A stretch of DNA of 64,000 bases, from contig OY970399.1 of assembly GCA_963720545.1 (NCBI GenBank), positions 2,880,001-2,944,000 of the forward strand, in the 5' to 3' direction. Position numbers and translations under genes: made by a program. The notes beneath the pieces are model-generated. The model saw nothing but the letters and a program-made list of their open reading frames with translations. It had not been told where the DNA came from and made no database searches. Positions 40,734 through 53,191 of the stretch are shown here, piece by piece (the stretch's first letter is position 1; every line of letters starts with the position of its first letter). Origin of the DNA: an uncultured Acidobacteriota bacterium (GTDB lineage: Bacteria; Acidobacteriota; Vicinamibacteria; Fen-336).

Positions 40734-41744
40734 ATGAGCGCGCTCCTGCGTGAACACCTCGCGACGGTCATGAGCGGCGCAGCGCTCAACGAGGCGCAGG
40801 CGGGCGGCGCCATGGGCGAGATCATGGACGGCGCCGCCTCGGACGCACAGATCGGCGCGCTGCTCGGGGCACTCGCGGCCCGCGGCGAGACCGAGGACGA
40901 GATCGTCGGGTTCGCGCGGGCCATGCGCGAGCGGGCGCTGCCGCTGCGCTCCGCGGACGCCGTCGACACCTGCGGCACCGGCGGCGACGGCGCGCCCACG
41001 TTCAACATCTCGACGGTCGCTTCGCTGGTGGTGGCGGCCTGCGGCGTGCCGGTGGTGAAGCACGGCAACCGCTCGGCTTCGGGCCGCGCCGGCAGCGCCG
41101 ACCTGCTGGAGGCCCTCGGCGTGCGCATCGACGCGCCGGTCGAGCGCGTGCAGCAAAGCCTCGACGACACCGGCTGGACGTTCCTGTTTGCACCGGCGTT
41201 TCACGCCGCCACCAGGCACGCGGCGGCGGCGCGGCGTGCGCTCGGCGTGCGCACCGTGTTCAACCTGCTCGGCCCGCTCACCAACCCTGCGCGTCCGCGC
41301 GCGCAGCTCGTCGGCGTGCCGCGCGCCGCGCTGGTGCCTGTCCTGGCACGCTGCCTGCGCCGGCTCGGCACCGAGGCGGCGTGGGTGGTTCACGGCGGCG
41401 GCTGCGACGAGTTGACCCTGTGCGGCGAGACCAGCGTGGCCGCGTTCGGCGCGGCCGGTGCGAGCACCTTCACCGTGAGCGCCGCCGACGCCGGCCTTGC
41501 GGCAGCCGGCGCCGAGAGCATCGGCTCGGGCTCGCTCGGCGAAAGTGTCGCGATCGCGCGCGAGGTCCTCGGCGGCGGCCGCGGTCCGCGCCGCGACGTG
41601 GTGCTGCTCAACAGCGCCGCCGTGCTGCTCGTCTGCGGCAAGGTCGCGAGCCTGCGCGAAGGAGTGGCACTTGCGCAGGAGGCGCTCGAGCGTGGCGCGC
41701 CGCGCACGCTGCTCGAAAACGCCACCCGGGCGCTCGCCGGATGA
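40734..41744 (+). CDS. trpD: Anthranilate phosphoribosyltransferase
   Basis: DTCGTGGDG, KHGNRS, RTVFNLLGPLTNP. Confidence 0.96.
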   Translation: MSALLREHLATVMSGAALNEAQAGGAMGEIMDGAASDAQIGALLGALAARGETEDEIVGFARAMRERALPLRSADAVDTCGTGGDGAPTFNISTVASLVVAACGVPVVKHGNRSASGRAGSADLLEALGVRIDAPVERVQQSLDDTGWTFLFAPAFHAATRHAAAARRALGVRTVFNLLGPLTNPARPRAQLVGVPRAALVPVLARCLRRLGTEAAWVVHGGGCDELTLCGETSVAAFGAAGASTFTVSAADAGLAAAGAESIGSGSLGESVAIAREVLGGGRGPRRDVVLLNSAAVLLVCGKVASLREGVALAQEALERGAPRTLLENATRALAG

Positions 41745-42544
41745 CGTCGAGCGCCGGCATCCCCACGCTCGAGGCGATCGTGGCGCGCGTGCGCACGCGG
41801 CTCGCCGCGCAACCCGCAGCGGCGGCCGGGGCAGCGCGGGTTCGCGCCACCGCGCCGCGCGGGTTTCGCAAGTCGCTGCAGCTCCCGGGCCGCCGCATCA
41901 TCGCCGAGTTCAAGCGGCGCTCGCCGTCGCGCGGCGTGATCCGCGCCGATCTCGCGCCGCAGGACGCCGCCCGCGCCTACGAAGACGGCGGCGCGGCGGC
42001 GCTCTCGGTTCTCACCGAACCCGAGTTCTTCGACGGCGCGCTCGCCGACCTGGTCGCGGCGCGCGCCGCGGTGGCGCTGCCGGTGCTGCGCAAGGATTTC
42101 ATCGTTGCCGAGTCGCAGATCGAGGAAGCGTGGCTGGCGGGCGCGGATGCCGTGCTGCTGATCGTGGCCGCGCTCGATCCGGCGGCCCTGGCGCGGCTGC
42201 GCGCCAACGCCGCGCGTCTCGGGCTCGATGCGCTGGTCGAGGTGCACGACCGCGCCGAGCTGGAGGTGGCGCTCGCCGCCGGCGCCGACCTCATCGGCGT
42301 CAACAGCCGCAACCTGCGGACCATGGAGGTGCGCCTCGAGACGGCGCTGGCGCTCGGGCCGCTCATTCCGCAAGGTGTCGTCGCCGTCGCCGAGAGCGGC
42401 ATCGCGTCGCGTGCCGACGTGGACCAGCTGGCCGCGGCGGGCTACCGTGCCTTCCTGGTCGGCGAGACCCTGATGCGCGCTTCGGATCCGGCGGCCGCGC
42501 TGCGCGAACTTGGCGCCGCCGGCCCGGCCGTGCCATCGTCATGA
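41741..42544 (+). CDS. trpC: Indole-3-glycerol phosphate synthase
   Basis: [30 protein letters not shown]. Confidence 0.96.
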   Translation: MTSSAGIPTLEAIVARVRTRLAAQPAAAAGAARVRATAPRGFRKSLQLPGRRIIAEFKRRSPSRGVIRADLAPQDAARAYEDGGAAALSVLTEPEFFDGALADLVAARAAVALPVLRKDFIVAESQIEEAWLAGADAVLLIVAALDPAALARLRANAARLGLDALVEVHDRAELEVALAAGADLIGVNSRNLRTMEVRLETALALGPLIPQGVVAVAESGIASRADVDQLAAAGYRAFLVGETLMRASDPAAALRELGAAGPAVPSS

Positions 42545-43167
42545 AGAATCACGTGCTGGTGAAGATCTGCGGAATCACGCGCGCCAGGGACGCCGCCGCG
42601 GCCGTTGCGGCCGGCGCCGATGCGGTCGGCTTCGTCTTCTGGCCGCGCAGCCCGCGCGCCGTGACGCCCGAAGCCGCGCGCGCCATCGGCGCGTCGCTGC
42701 CGCCCGCGGTGCTGCGCGTCGGTGTGTTCGTCGATGCCGAACCCGAGGAGCTGCGGCGCACTGCCGACGCAGCGAACCTCGACGTGCTGCAGCTGCACGG
42801 CGAAGAACCGCCGGCGCTGCTCGGTTCGCTGCCGCGGCCCGCGTGGAAGGCGCTGCGCGCCGACCACAACCTGTCGCCGGCGCTGCTGGTTCGCTACCGC
42901 GGCATGAGCGGCATCCTGCTCGACTCGCCCACGGCGGCGCGCGGCGGCAGCGGCCAGGTGTTCGACTGGTCGCTGGCGGCCGCCGTGCGCGCATACGCGC
43001 CGTACCTGATCCTCGCCGGCGGCCTCGACGCGGCGAACGTCGCGCACGCCCTGAAGGCGGCGAGACCCGATGGTGTGGACGTCTCGAGCGGCGTCGAGAC
43101 CGCGCCCGGCGTGAAGGATCACGCCAAAGTGCGCGATTTCGTCGCCGCGGTGCGGGCGGTCTCGTGA
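42541..43167 (+). CDS. trpF: Phosphoribosylanthranilate isomerase
   Basis: [27 protein letters not shown]. Confidence 0.96.
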   Translation: MKNHVLVKICGITRARDAAAAVAAGADAVGFVFWPRSPRAVTPEAARAIGASLPPAVLRVGVFVDAEPEELRRTADAANLDVLQLHGEEPPALLGSLPRPAWKALRADHNLSPALLVRYRGMSGILLDSPTAARGGSGQVFDWSLAAAVRAYAPYLILAGGLDAANVAHALKAARPDGVDVSSGVETAPGVKDHAKVRDFVAAVRAVS

Positions 43168-44360
43168 GCGCGGCGAAGATCGCCACCGGACCCGACAATC
43201 GCGGCCACTTCGGCGAATACGGCGGGCGCTTCGTTCCCGAGACGCTGATGGAGCCGCTCACGGAGCTCGAGGAGGCCTACGACGAGGCCATCGTCGATCC
43301 CACTTTCCGCACCGACCTCGGCATCCTGCTGCGCGACTTCGTCGGCCGGCCCACCGCCCTCACGCGCGCCACCGGGCTGTCCGAGTCGCTGCGGCTCGCG
43401 CTTTACCTGAAGCGCGAGGATCTGTGCCACACCGGCGCGCACAAGATCAACAACGCCGTGGGGCAGGCGCTCCTGGCGAAGCGCATGCGCAAGACGCGCA
43501 TTGTCGCCGAGACCGGCGCCGGCCAGCACGGCGTCGCGACCGCCACGGTGTGCGCGCTGCTCGGGCTCGAGTGCGTCATCTACATGGGCGCCGTGGACAT
43601 GGCGCGCCAGGCGCCAAATGTCGAGCGCATGCGCCTGCTCGGCGCCAGCGTGCGCCCGGTCGAGTCGGGTGCCAAAACGCTCAAGGACGCGATCAACGAA
43701 GCGCTGCGCGACTGGGTGACGAACGTCCACACCACCCACTACCTGCTGGGCTCGGTTCTGGGACCGCACCCCTATCCGGCGATGGTGCGCGATTTTCACC
43801 GCGTCATCGGGCAGGAAGCGCGCGCCCAGATCATTGCCCAGACCGGCAAGCTGCCCGACATGCTGGTGGCGTGCGTCGGCGGCGGCTCGAACGCTATCGG
43901 CCTCTTCCACGCGTTCCTCGACGATCCCGTAGCGATGGTCGGCGTCGAGGCCGGCGGCCGCTCGCGCCTTCCGGGCGACCACGCCGCGCGCTTCCTCGAT
44001 CCCGCGACCCCGGCCGGGGTGCTGCAGGGGACGCGCACCTACCTGCTGCAGGACGACGCCGGCAACGTGCTGCCCACGCACTCGATTTCCGCGGGCCTCG
44101 ACTACCCGGCGATCGGCCCGGAGCACGCTCTCCTCCGCGACCTCGGCCGCGTCGCCTACACGACCGCCGCCGACGGCGAAGCGGTCGCGGCGTTCCGGCG
44201 CCTGGCGCGCGAAGACGGCATCGTGCCGGCGCTCGAGTCGGCGCACGCGCTCGCCTTCGTGATCCGCGAGCAGCACGCGCTCGTCGGCAAGACGGTCATC
44301 GTCAACCTCAGCGGCCGCGGCGACAAGGACCTCGCCGTGGTCCAGGAGTTCGGGCGATGA
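43164..44360 (+). CDS. trpB: Tryptophan synthase beta chain
   Basis: [40 protein letters not shown]. Confidence 0.98.
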   Translation: MSAAKIATGPDNRGHFGEYGGRFVPETLMEPLTELEEAYDEAIVDPTFRTDLGILLRDFVGRPTALTRATGLSESLRLALYLKREDLCHTGAHKINNAVGQALLAKRMRKTRIVAETGAGQHGVATATVCALLGLECVIYMGAVDMARQAPNVERMRLLGASVRPVESGAKTLKDAINEALRDWVTNVHTTHYLLGSVLGPHPYPAMVRDFHRVIGQEARAQIIAQTGKLPDMLVACVGGGSNAIGLFHAFLDDPVAMVGVEAGGRSRLPGDHAARFLDPATPAGVLQGTRTYLLQDDAGNVLPTHSISAGLDYPAIGPEHALLRDLGRVAYTTAADGEAVAAFRRLAREDGIVPALESAHALAFVIREQHALVGKTVIVNLSGRGDKDLAVVQEFGR

Positions 44361-45133
44361 CGATGAGCCGCATCGCGCAGCGCTTCGACGAACTGCGCGC
44401 ACGCGACGCCAAGGCGTTCATCGCCTTCATCACCGCCGGCGACCCGTCGCTCGAGCGCACCATCGAAATCGCCGCGGCGCTCGACCAGGCCGGCGTCGAC
44501 GTGCTCGAGCTGGGCGTGCCGTTCTCCGATCCGATGGCCGACGGGCCGGTCATCCAGCGCTCGAGCGAGCGCGCGTTGCGCAACCACACCTCCCTCGGCC
44601 AGGTGCTCGCCATCTGTTGCGCCATCCGCCAGGTCACGGCGATGCCGCTGCTGCTCTTTTCCTACTTCAACCCGATCCTGCGCTACGGCATGGAGAAGTT
44701 CGCGCGCGACGCGCGCGAGGCCGGCGCCGACGGCGTGCTCATCACCGACCTGCCGCCCGAGGAAGCCGACGAGTGGGTGGCCATCGCGCGCACGCACGAC
44801 CTCGACACCGTGTTTCTCGCCAGCCCGACCTCGCCCTACAGCCGGCTGCGGCGGGTGGCGGCGCTGAGCCGCGGCTTCGTCTACGCCATCAGCCGCGCCG
44901 GCACCACCGGCGAAGCCCAGGCGCTCTCGAGCGAGGCGGCGCCGCTCGTCGAGATCCTGCGCGAGATCACCGCGCTGCCGGTGGCGCTCGGCTTCGGCAT
45001 CGCCAGCGCGGCGCAGGTGCGTGAGGCGAACCAGTGCGCCGACGGCGTCGTGGTCGGCAGTGCCCTCGTGCGCCTGCTCGAGGAGGACCCTTCAGCCGAC
45101 CTTGTCGCCTGGGTGAAAAAGCTGCGGTCTTGA
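44357..45133 (+). CDS. trpA: Tryptophan synthase alpha chain
   Basis: [37 protein letters not shown]. Confidence 0.97.
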   Translation: MTMSRIAQRFDELRARDAKAFIAFITAGDPSLERTIEIAAALDQAGVDVLELGVPFSDPMADGPVIQRSSERALRNHTSLGQVLAICCAIRQVTAMPLLLFSYFNPILRYGMEKFARDAREAGADGVLITDLPPEEADEWVAIARTHDLDTVFLASPTSPYSRLRRVAALSRGFVYAISRAGTTGEAQALSSEAAPLVEILREITALPVALGFGIASAAQVREANQCADGVVVGSALVRLLEEDPSADLVAWVKKLRS

Positions 45134-45148
45134 AGGCATAATGGATTC

Positions 45149-45982
45149 ATGAAGCTTGTGGTCCGCGCCGCCGCCCTCGCCACCACCGTGGCTGCGTCAC
45201 TGGCAGTGTCGTTTACGGCGGCCGGTGGCGCCGTTGCTGCCGAGCGCACACCGGTGCTCGTCGAGCTGTTCACCGCCGAGGGCTGCTCGAGCTGCCCGCC
45301 GGCCGACACGCTCCTCAGCATGCTGATCTCGAAGCAGCCGATCGAGGGCATCGAGATCATCGGCCTCAGCGAACACGTCGACTACTGGGACGACCTCGGC
45401 TGGCACGATCCGTTCTCGTCGCGGCGTTTCAGCGAGCGCCAGGCGCTGTTCGCGCAAAGCTTCGGCGACCCGCGCGCGGTGTTCACCCCGCAGGCGGTGG
45501 TGCAGGGGCGCGGGGCGGTGAACGGCGCCGACTACGCAGGCATCAGGCGCCTCGCGGTCGAGGCGGCTGCCGGGCCGCTCGTCCCGGTGACGCTCGAAGC
45601 CACCCGCGGCGGTGGCAAGGCACGTGTCACGGTGCGCGCCGGCGTGCGGCCCGAGGCGCTTCGCAAATCGAAGCTGCGCGTGCAGGTGGCGATCGTCGAG
45701 GATGAGCTCGCCACGCAGGTGACGAGCGGCGAGAACGCCAACAAGCGCCTCACCCACGACGGCGTCGTGCGCAGCCTGGATAGCGCCGGCGAGCTTGCGG
45801 GCGGCGACGCCCCGGGCGAGCTGGTCAAGGAACTGCCGCTCGGCAGCGGCTGGGCCGCAGGCAAGCTGCGCGCGATCGTGTTCCTGCAGGACCCGCGCTC
45901 GCTGCGTGTCGTCGGCGTCGCCACAGCGCCACTGGGCGCCGCCGCGGCCGCCGCCGCTCAGGCGCCGGCCGAAGCCCGGTAG
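45149..45982 (+). CDS. Secreted DUF1223 (thioredoxin-like) protein
   Basis: VELFTAEGCSSCPPAD, HVDYWD, TPQ, GENA. Confidence 0.88.
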   Translation: MKLVVRAAALATTVAASLAVSFTAAGGAVAAERTPVLVELFTAEGCSSCPPADTLLSMLISKQPIEGIEIIGLSEHVDYWDDLGWHDPFSSRRFSERQALFAQSFGDPRAVFTPQAVVQGRGAVNGADYAGIRRLAVEAAAGPLVPVTLEATRGGGKARVTVRAGVRPEALRKSKLRVQVAIVEDELATQVTSGENANKRLTHDGVVRSLDSAGELAGGDAPGELVKELPLGSGWAAGKLRAIVFLQDPRSLRVVGVATAPLGAAAAAAAQAPAEAR

Positions 45983-47469
45983 CGCTCCGCCGCGGCCACG
46001 CGCTCGATGACGGCCGCCAGCTTCTCCATCGCGGGTCCGGCGTCCCCGGGGCGCACGGCGCCGAACCCCAGCACCAGCGCATTCTGTGGCGCGCCGCTCG
46101 CGAACCAATAGGCGGAAAGCGGCATCACCTCGATGCCCGCGGCGAGCGCCGCGGTGAACACCGAGTGTGCGTCGGCTTCCGGCAGGTCGGCGACGAGGTG
46201 CAGGCCGGTGCGCACCTGGCGCAGCGCCAGGGCGCCGCTCGCGTGCCGGCGCGCCGCCTCGACCAGCGCCTCGAGGCGTTCGCGGTAGGCCGACTGCATG
46301 CGCCGCAGGTGGCGAGCGAAATGGCCGCCGGCGATGAAGTCGGCGAGCACCGCCTGGTCGACGAACGGCGGGTGCGCTTCGGTCGCGCGGCGGATGCCGA
46401 CGAACTTGTCGCGCAGGCCCGCCGGCACGATGAGGAAGCCGAGCCGCAGCGAGGGGAACACCGTCTTCGCGAAGCTGCCGAGATAGATCACGCGGCCGTC
46501 GGCGTCGAGGCCGTGCAGGCACGGGATCGGGCGCGTGCCGTGGCGGAACTCGCTGTCGTAGTCGTCCTCGACGATCCAGGCGCGCGCCGCCTGCGCCCAG
46601 CGCAGCAGCGCCAGCCGCCGCGGCAGGCTCATCGGGACGCCCAGCGGAAACTGGTGCGACGGCGTCACGTAGGCCATGCGCGCGCCTGGCGCGCGCTTCT
46701 GTGCTTCCTCGACGTCGAGGCCGTCGGCGTCCACCGGCATCGAGGCGATGCGCGCCCCGGCCGCGACGAACGCGCCGCGCGCACCGGGATAGCCGGGATC
46801 CTCGAGCCACACCTCGTCGCCCGGATCGAGCAGCAGCCGGCAGACGTAACTGAGGGCGTGCTGCGCGCCCGCCACCACGATCACCTGCGAGGGCTCGCAG
46901 CGCGTGCCGCGCGCGGCGCTCACGTGTGCGGCGATCGCCTCGCGCAGCGGCGCGTAGCCGGAAGGATCGCCGTAGTCGAGCTGCGCCGCGCCGAGGGCGT
47001 GCAGCCGGCGGTGGGCGAGCTGCGCCCAGAGGCGCACCGGGAACAGGTCGACGGCCGGCACGCCGATCCGGAACGCGCGCGGCGGGCCGATGATGCGGCG
47101 CGCCGCGGGCGGCACGCCCGAGATCGAATCGCCGCGCGCCGAGAGCGGCGGGTGCCGGCCGGTCTGCGGCTGCGCCAGCACGATGCGCGGCAGGTCGTCG
47201 GGCAGTTCGCCGGCGACGAACGTGCCGGAGCCGCGGCGCGCGGTGAGGTAGCCCTCGGCGAGCAGCTGCTCGAGGGCGAGGAGCGCGGTGGTGCGCGACA
47301 CGCGCAGGTCGAGCGCCAGCGCGCGCGACGAGAGCATGCGCATCCCCGGGCGCAGCACGCCGCCCAGGATCGCCTGGCGAATGCCCGAGTAAATCTGCTG
47401 CTGGAGCGGATCGCTCGCATTCGGGTCGACGCGGATCATGAGGCTCTGGGGCCTGGGGGCGGGGGTCAT
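45958..47469 (-). CDS. MocR/GabR-family transcriptional regulator (GntR wHTH + PLP aminotransferase-like domain)
   Basis: SSRALA..LRVSRTT...EGYL...GSGTFV; YVTPSHQFPLG, EDDYDSEF, GSFAK; start uncertain (47439-47469). Confidence 0.93.
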   Translation of the reverse strand: MTPAPRPQSLMIRVDPNASDPLQQQIYSGIRQAILGGVLRPGMRMLSSRALALDLRVSRTTALLALEQLLAEGYLTARRGSGTFVAGELPDDLPRIVLAQPQTGRHPPLSARGDSISGVPPAARRIIGPPRAFRIGVPAVDLFPVRLWAQLAHRRLHALGAAQLDYGDPSGYAPLREAIAAHVSAARGTRCEPSQVIVVAGAQHALSYVCRLLLDPGDEVWLEDPGYPGARGAFVAAGARIASMPVDADGLDVEEAQKRAPGARMAYVTPSHQFPLGVPMSLPRRLALLRWAQAARAWIVEDDYDSEFRHGTRPIPCLHGLDADGRVIYLGSFAKTVFPSLRLGFLIVPAGLRDKFVGIRRATEAHPPFVDQAVLADFIAGGHFARHLRRMQSAYRERLEALVEAARRHASGALALRQVRTGLHLVADLPEADAHSVFTAALAAGIEVMPLSAYWFASGAPQNALVLGFGAVRPGDAGPAMEKLAAVIERVAAAERYRASAGA

Positions 47470-47543
47470 CTCTATGCGGCGGGGTGTTGCCTCATTCGAG
47501 GGTAGCACCGTGCCGGAGGGCTCCACATCTATTTGCAGTCGCG

Positions 47544-47578
47544 GCCAACTGGACACATGCGCCGCAGCCAAAGTGGCC
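47544..47578. promoter_or_regulatory. Candidate MocR operator (imperfect direct repeat)
   Basis: GCCAACTGGAC ... GCCAAAGTGGCC in the divergent intergenic region, upstream of a TAGGCT -10-like box. Confidence 0.35.
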
Positions 47579-47605
47579 CTTCACGGCGCGTGTAGGCTAG
47601 GCGCC

Positions 47606-48082
47606 ATGAGCGAGACTCCGGTGCCTACCCTGTCCCCGCTGCAGGCCATCGTGCGCGGCGGCACCCTCATCGGGCTCTTCGACTTCGCCTACGCGAACAT
47701 CCTGACACTGGCCGCGGGGCGACCGTGGCAAGCGGTCTGGAAGTTCGTTGCCTCGGCGCTCCTGGGCCCGCAGGCGCGCACCGGCGGTTTTGGCATGACA
47801 CTCGCCGGCATCGCCTGCCACTTCACCGTCGCGTTCTCCATCGTCACCGCCTACGTCGTCGTCAGCCGCTACTGGCCGCTGCTCACGCGGCAGGCCGTGC
47901 CGATGGGCATGCTCTACGGCGCCTTCGTCTACTGCGTGATGAACTGGGTGGTCATCCCGATGACGCGACTCGCGGTGTTCCCGCGCCCGGCTCTATGGAA
48001 CTTCCTGCTCTCGATCGCGGTCCACATCTTCCTCATCGGCCTGCCGGCCGCGCTCTTCGCCCGCCGCGTTCGTTGGCAGTGA
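47606..48082 (+). CDS. Small 4-TM membrane protein (probable MocR target)
   Basis: Four hydrophobic segments with two His residues (ACHF, AVHIF); divergent from the regulator. Confidence 0.75.
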   Translation: MSETPVPTLSPLQAIVRGGTLIGLFDFAYANILTLAAGRPWQAVWKFVASALLGPQARTGGFGMTLAGIACHFTVAFSIVTAYVVVSRYWPLLTRQAVPMGMLYGAFVYCVMNWVVIPMTRLAVFPRPALWNFLLSIAVHIFLIGLPAALFARRVRWQ

Positions 48083-48094
48083 TCTAATGGGGGC

Positions 48095-48889
48095 ATGCCG
48101 CCGAGCGATTCCGCAGCTCCAGCCTTCGCCATCGTCGCCGAGGAGCTGACCAAGAAGTTCCGCGACGTTGCCGCAGTCGACGCGCTCACCCTGCGCGTGG
48201 CGCGCGGCCGCTTCTTCGGCTTCCTCGGGCCGAACGGCGCCGGCAAGAGCACCACCATGCGCGTGCTGGCCGGCCTGCTGCGTCCCACCAGCGGCCGCGT
48301 GCTCATCGAGGGCATCGACGTCGCGAAGGACCCGCTGGCGGTGAAGCGCATCATCGGCATCGTCCCCGAGGAGCCGCCGCTCTACGAGCGCCTGACCGGT
48401 GCCGAGTACCTGCGTTTCTGCGGCCGCATGTACGGCCTCGCGAACGCCGAGACCGAGCGGCGCGCCGGCGAGCTGCTCGCGTTCCTGTCTTTGGACGCCG
48501 AAGCGGGCAAGCTGATCGTCGACTACTCGCAGGGGATGCGGAAAAAGCTGGCGCTCTGCGCCGCGCTGATCCACTCGCCGCAGGTGCTGTTCCTCGACGA
48601 GCCTCTGAACGGCATCGACCCGGTGTCGGCGCGCATCGTCACCGACCTGCTCACGAGCCTGACCCGGCGCGGCGTCACCTTGTTCTTCACCTCGCACGTC
48701 CTCGACGTGGTGGAGCGGCTGTGCGACGAGGTCGCGATCATCGACCGCGGCCGGATCCTCGCGCAGGGCACGCTCGACGAGATCCGCGCGCAGCGCAACG
48801 CCGCGGGCGCCTCGCTCGAAGACGTGTTCCTGAAGCTGGTGTCGGCCGACGTACAGCGCGCCGACCTCACCTGGATGGACGCGCGCTAG
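48095..48889 (+). CDS. ABC transporter ATP-binding protein
   Basis: GPNGAGKST, YSQGM, LDEP, SH. Confidence 0.95.
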   Translation: MPPSDSAAPAFAIVAEELTKKFRDVAAVDALTLRVARGRFFGFLGPNGAGKSTTMRVLAGLLRPTSGRVLIEGIDVAKDPLAVKRIIGIVPEEPPLYERLTGAEYLRFCGRMYGLANAETERRAGELLAFLSLDAEAGKLIVDYSQGMRKKLALCAALIHSPQVLFLDEPLNGIDPVSARIVTDLLTSLTRRGVTLFFTSHVLDVVERLCDEVAIIDRGRILAQGTLDEIRAQRNAAGASLEDVFLKLVSADVQRADLTWMDAR

Positions 48890-48890
48890 C

Positions 48891-50504
48891 GTGAACACCC
48901 TCGTCGCGGTCGTCGCCCTGCGCCTGAAGCTCGACTGGCGCGCGCTGGGCGCGGCGCGCGAGCGCCTGGCCGGCCTGGTGGTGATGACGGCGCTGCTGCT
49001 CGCCGGTTCGTCCGGCCTCGCGATCGGCGTCTATTTCACGCTGCGCGGCCTGGCGGCAGTGGACAAGGCGGCGGCGCTGGCGGTCGTCTGCGCCTGGTCG
49101 GGCCTGTTCGGCATCCTCGGGCTCTTCGGGCCGATGATCTCGCGCGCTTCGGTGGCCGAGAGCCACGACTACTCGCGGCTCCTGCACATGCCGGTGCGCG
49201 CGGGGACGCTGGCGGCTGCGTCGCTCATCGCGAACCTGCTGCAGCCGCTGGTGCTCACCCAGCTGCCCATCTTCCTGGCGGCGTCCTTCGCCGTGTCGCG
49301 GTCGCTGGCGGCGGTGCCGTTCACCGCCGCAGGCTTCGCCATTTCCTACGCGACCATCCTGGTTGCCGCGCAGGCGGGCGCACTCGCGAGCCACGCGTTG
49401 CAGCGCAGCCGCCGCTACCGCGATCCAGCGCTCTTCCTGGCCGTCGCCGGCAGCCTGGCGTTCGGCCTGCTGCCGTTCGTGTTCATCGCGCGCCCTGGCC
49501 TGTGGCGCGCGTTCTTCGACGTCCTCACCCGCACGCGCGTTCTCTCCTGGCTGCCGTTCTCCTACGGGGCGCAGGCCGCGGTGCACGCCGGGTCGGGCAG
49601 CCTGGCGCTGTTCGCGCTCTTCGCCCTGGGCGGTCTCGTCACCGTCGCTGTGGGGATGGCGATCGCGACGCGCCTCGTGTCGGTAGTGCACGGCGGCGAG
49701 CTCGACCTTGGCACGGCCAGGCAGCGCGGCACGCGCCGCGCCCTGCTGCGCCTGCCCGGCAGCATCGGCGCCATCATCGAGAAGGACCTGCGCACGCTGT
49801 GGCGCGATCCGGCGATGCGCGCCTCGCTGCTCAGCGGCTTCTTCGGCCCGGTCCTCTACCTCTACCTGATGATGCGCCAGGGGCGCGGCCTCGCCTCCGG
49901 TTACTCCGTCATGTTCCTCGCGATGTTCATCGGCGGCACCAGCCTCGGCGGCGGGGCCTTCGGCATGGAGCGCGGTTCGCTGGCGCAGCTCTTCGCCTTT
50001 CCGGTCGCGCGCTGGAAGATGCTGGTCGCGAAGAACGTTTCGGTGTCGTTCTTCAAGGTGCCGGGCTTCCTGATACTGGCGGGCGCGACCGTGTTCTTCG
50101 TGCCGCTCGCGCGTTGGCCGTTCGTCGCCATGGCCGGGCTCGTCACTTTGATGATGGCGGCGGCCGTGGACAGCATCGTGTCGATCCGCTTCCCGTTCAC
50201 GCCGCCGCGTCCCGGCACCACCCCGGGCGCGTATTCGGCGTCGACCGCGTCGGGCATGAGCCGCTTCCTGGTGTCGTTCGGCGGCTTCTTCGCGGTGCTG
50301 CTTGCGGCCGCGCCATTCGTGTTCCTCATCTGCCTGCCGCTGCTCTTCGCAAGGCCTGTGCTCGGCGGGTTGTTCCTGCCGCTCGCGTTCGCCGGCGCGG
50401 CTGCGGTCTACGCACTCGCGGTGCACGCCGCCGAAGCCCTGCTGCGGCGCCGCGAAGCGGATCTCCTCGAGCGCGTCAGCGTGGAGGCGCGGGCGAGCGG
50501 CTAG
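48891..50504 (+). CDS. ABC-2-type exporter permease
   Basis: About 12-14 TM helices in two halves, EKDLRTLWRD linker; follows the ATPase. Confidence 0.8.
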   Translation: MNTLVAVVALRLKLDWRALGAARERLAGLVVMTALLLAGSSGLAIGVYFTLRGLAAVDKAAALAVVCAWSGLFGILGLFGPMISRASVAESHDYSRLLHMPVRAGTLAAASLIANLLQPLVLTQLPIFLAASFAVSRSLAAVPFTAAGFAISYATILVAAQAGALASHALQRSRRYRDPALFLAVAGSLAFGLLPFVFIARPGLWRAFFDVLTRTRVLSWLPFSYGAQAAVHAGSGSLALFALFALGGLVTVAVGMAIATRLVSVVHGGELDLGTARQRGTRRALLRLPGSIGAIIEKDLRTLWRDPAMRASLLSGFFGPVLYLYLMMRQGRGLASGYSVMFLAMFIGGTSLGGGAFGMERGSLAQLFAFPVARWKMLVAKNVSVSFFKVPGFLILAGATVFFVPLARWPFVAMAGLVTLMMAAAVDSIVSIRFPFTPPRPGTTPGAYSASTASGMSRFLVSFGGFFAVLLAAAPFVFLICLPLLFARPVLGGLFLPLAFAGAAAVYALAVHAAEALLRRREADLLERVSVEARASG

Positions 50505-50513
50505 ACTTTGGCC

Positions 50514-51881
<1,368 letters not shown>

Positions 51882-51885
51882 GGAC

Positions 51886-53070
51886 ATGGCTGCTGGCGAC
51901 GTGGTGATCCTGTCCGGCTGCCGCACGCCGATCGGCGCTTTCGGCGGCGCGTTGCGCGACGTCTCAGCCGTGGCGCTCGGCCGCATCGTGGTTGCCGAGG
52001 CGGTGCGCCGCGCCGGCATCGCGCCGGACGCGGTGGACGAAGTGATCCTCGGCTGCATCCTACAGGCGGGGCTCGGCATGAACCCCGCCCGCCAGGCCGC
52101 GGTTCTCGCCGGCATACCGAAGTCGGTGCCCGCGCACACGGTCAACAAGGTCTGCGGCTCCGGCCTCAAGGCGGTGATGCTCGCGGCGCAGGCGATCAAG
52201 GCCGGGGACGCGGAAGTGGTGGTGGCCGGCGGTACCGAGAGCATGAGCGGCGCGCCGTACCTGGTGCCGGGCGCGCGCTGGGGCCAGCGGCTCGGCCACG
52301 GCGAGCTGTTCGACCACATGCTGCACGAGGGGCTCACCGACGCGTTCGCCGACATCCACATGGGCATCACCGCCGAGAACGTCGCCGACAAGTACCAGGT
52401 GACGCGCGCGGCGCAGGACGAGTTCGCGGCGCAGAGCCAGGCGCGCGCCGCGGCCGCCATCGCGGCGGGCAGCTTCAAGGACGAGATCGTCGCCGTGCCG
52501 GTGCCGCAGAAGAAGGGCGCGCCGCTTGCGTTCGACACCGACGAGTATCCGCGCGCCACCACCACCGAGGCGCTCGCGAAGCTGCGGCCCGCCTTCCGCA
52601 AGGACGGCTCGGTGACCGCTGGCAACGCGAGCGGCATCAACGACGGCGCCGCGGCGCTGGTGGTGGCCTCGGCGGAGCGCGCGCCGGCTCTCGGCGCACG
52701 GCCGCTGGCACGCATCGCCGGCTACGCCTCGGTCGGCGTCGAACCGGCGCTCATGGGGATCGGTCCGGTGGAGGCGGTGCGCAAGGCTTTGCGCAAGGCC
52801 GGGCTCGCGATCTCCGACATCGACCTGTTCGAGCTGAACGAGGCGTTCGCGTCGCAGAGCCTCGCCGTCGTGCGGGATCTCGGCATCGACGCGGCGCGGG
52901 TCAACGTCAACGGCGGCGCGATTGCGCTCGGCCACCCGATCGGCGCGTCGGGCGCACGGGTACTCGTGACGCTGCTGCACGCGATGCGCGCCCGCTCCGC
53001 CCGCCGCGGCGTCGCGAGCCTGTGCATTGGCGGCGGCCAGGGCGTGGCGATGGTGGTCGAGGCGCTCTAA
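51886..53070 (+). CDS. Acetyl-CoA C-acetyltransferase (thiolase)
   Basis: [26 protein letters not shown]. Confidence 0.96.
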   Translation: MAAGDVVILSGCRTPIGAFGGALRDVSAVALGRIVVAEAVRRAGIAPDAVDEVILGCILQAGLGMNPARQAAVLAGIPKSVPAHTVNKVCGSGLKAVMLAAQAIKAGDAEVVVAGGTESMSGAPYLVPGARWGQRLGHGELFDHMLHEGLTDAFADIHMGITAENVADKYQVTRAAQDEFAAQSQARAAAAIAAGSFKDEIVAVPVPQKKGAPLAFDTDEYPRATTTEALAKLRPAFRKDGSVTAGNASGINDGAAALVVASAERAPALGARPLARIAGYASVGVEPALMGIGPVEAVRKALRKAGLAISDIDLFELNEAFASQSLAVVRDLGIDAARVNVNGGAIALGHPIGASGARVLVTLLHAMRARSARRGVASLCIGGGQGVAMVVEAL

Positions 53071-53090
53071 GAGCGCTCCCGCGCGTGTCG

Positions 53091-53120
53091 TTGACACTCC
53101 GCTTCGTCCTCGACTACAGT
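53091..53120 (+). promoter_or_regulatory. Candidate sigma70 promoter of rho
   Basis: TTGACA-18 nt-TACAGT, about 70 nt upstream of the rho ATG. Confidence 0.5.
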
Positions 53121-53191
53121 TCCCTCGTTCCCCATCCAACCTGATCGCAATCCCGCAGAAGTCCGGTCTCGCCCCTGTCGCGAAGAGCCTG

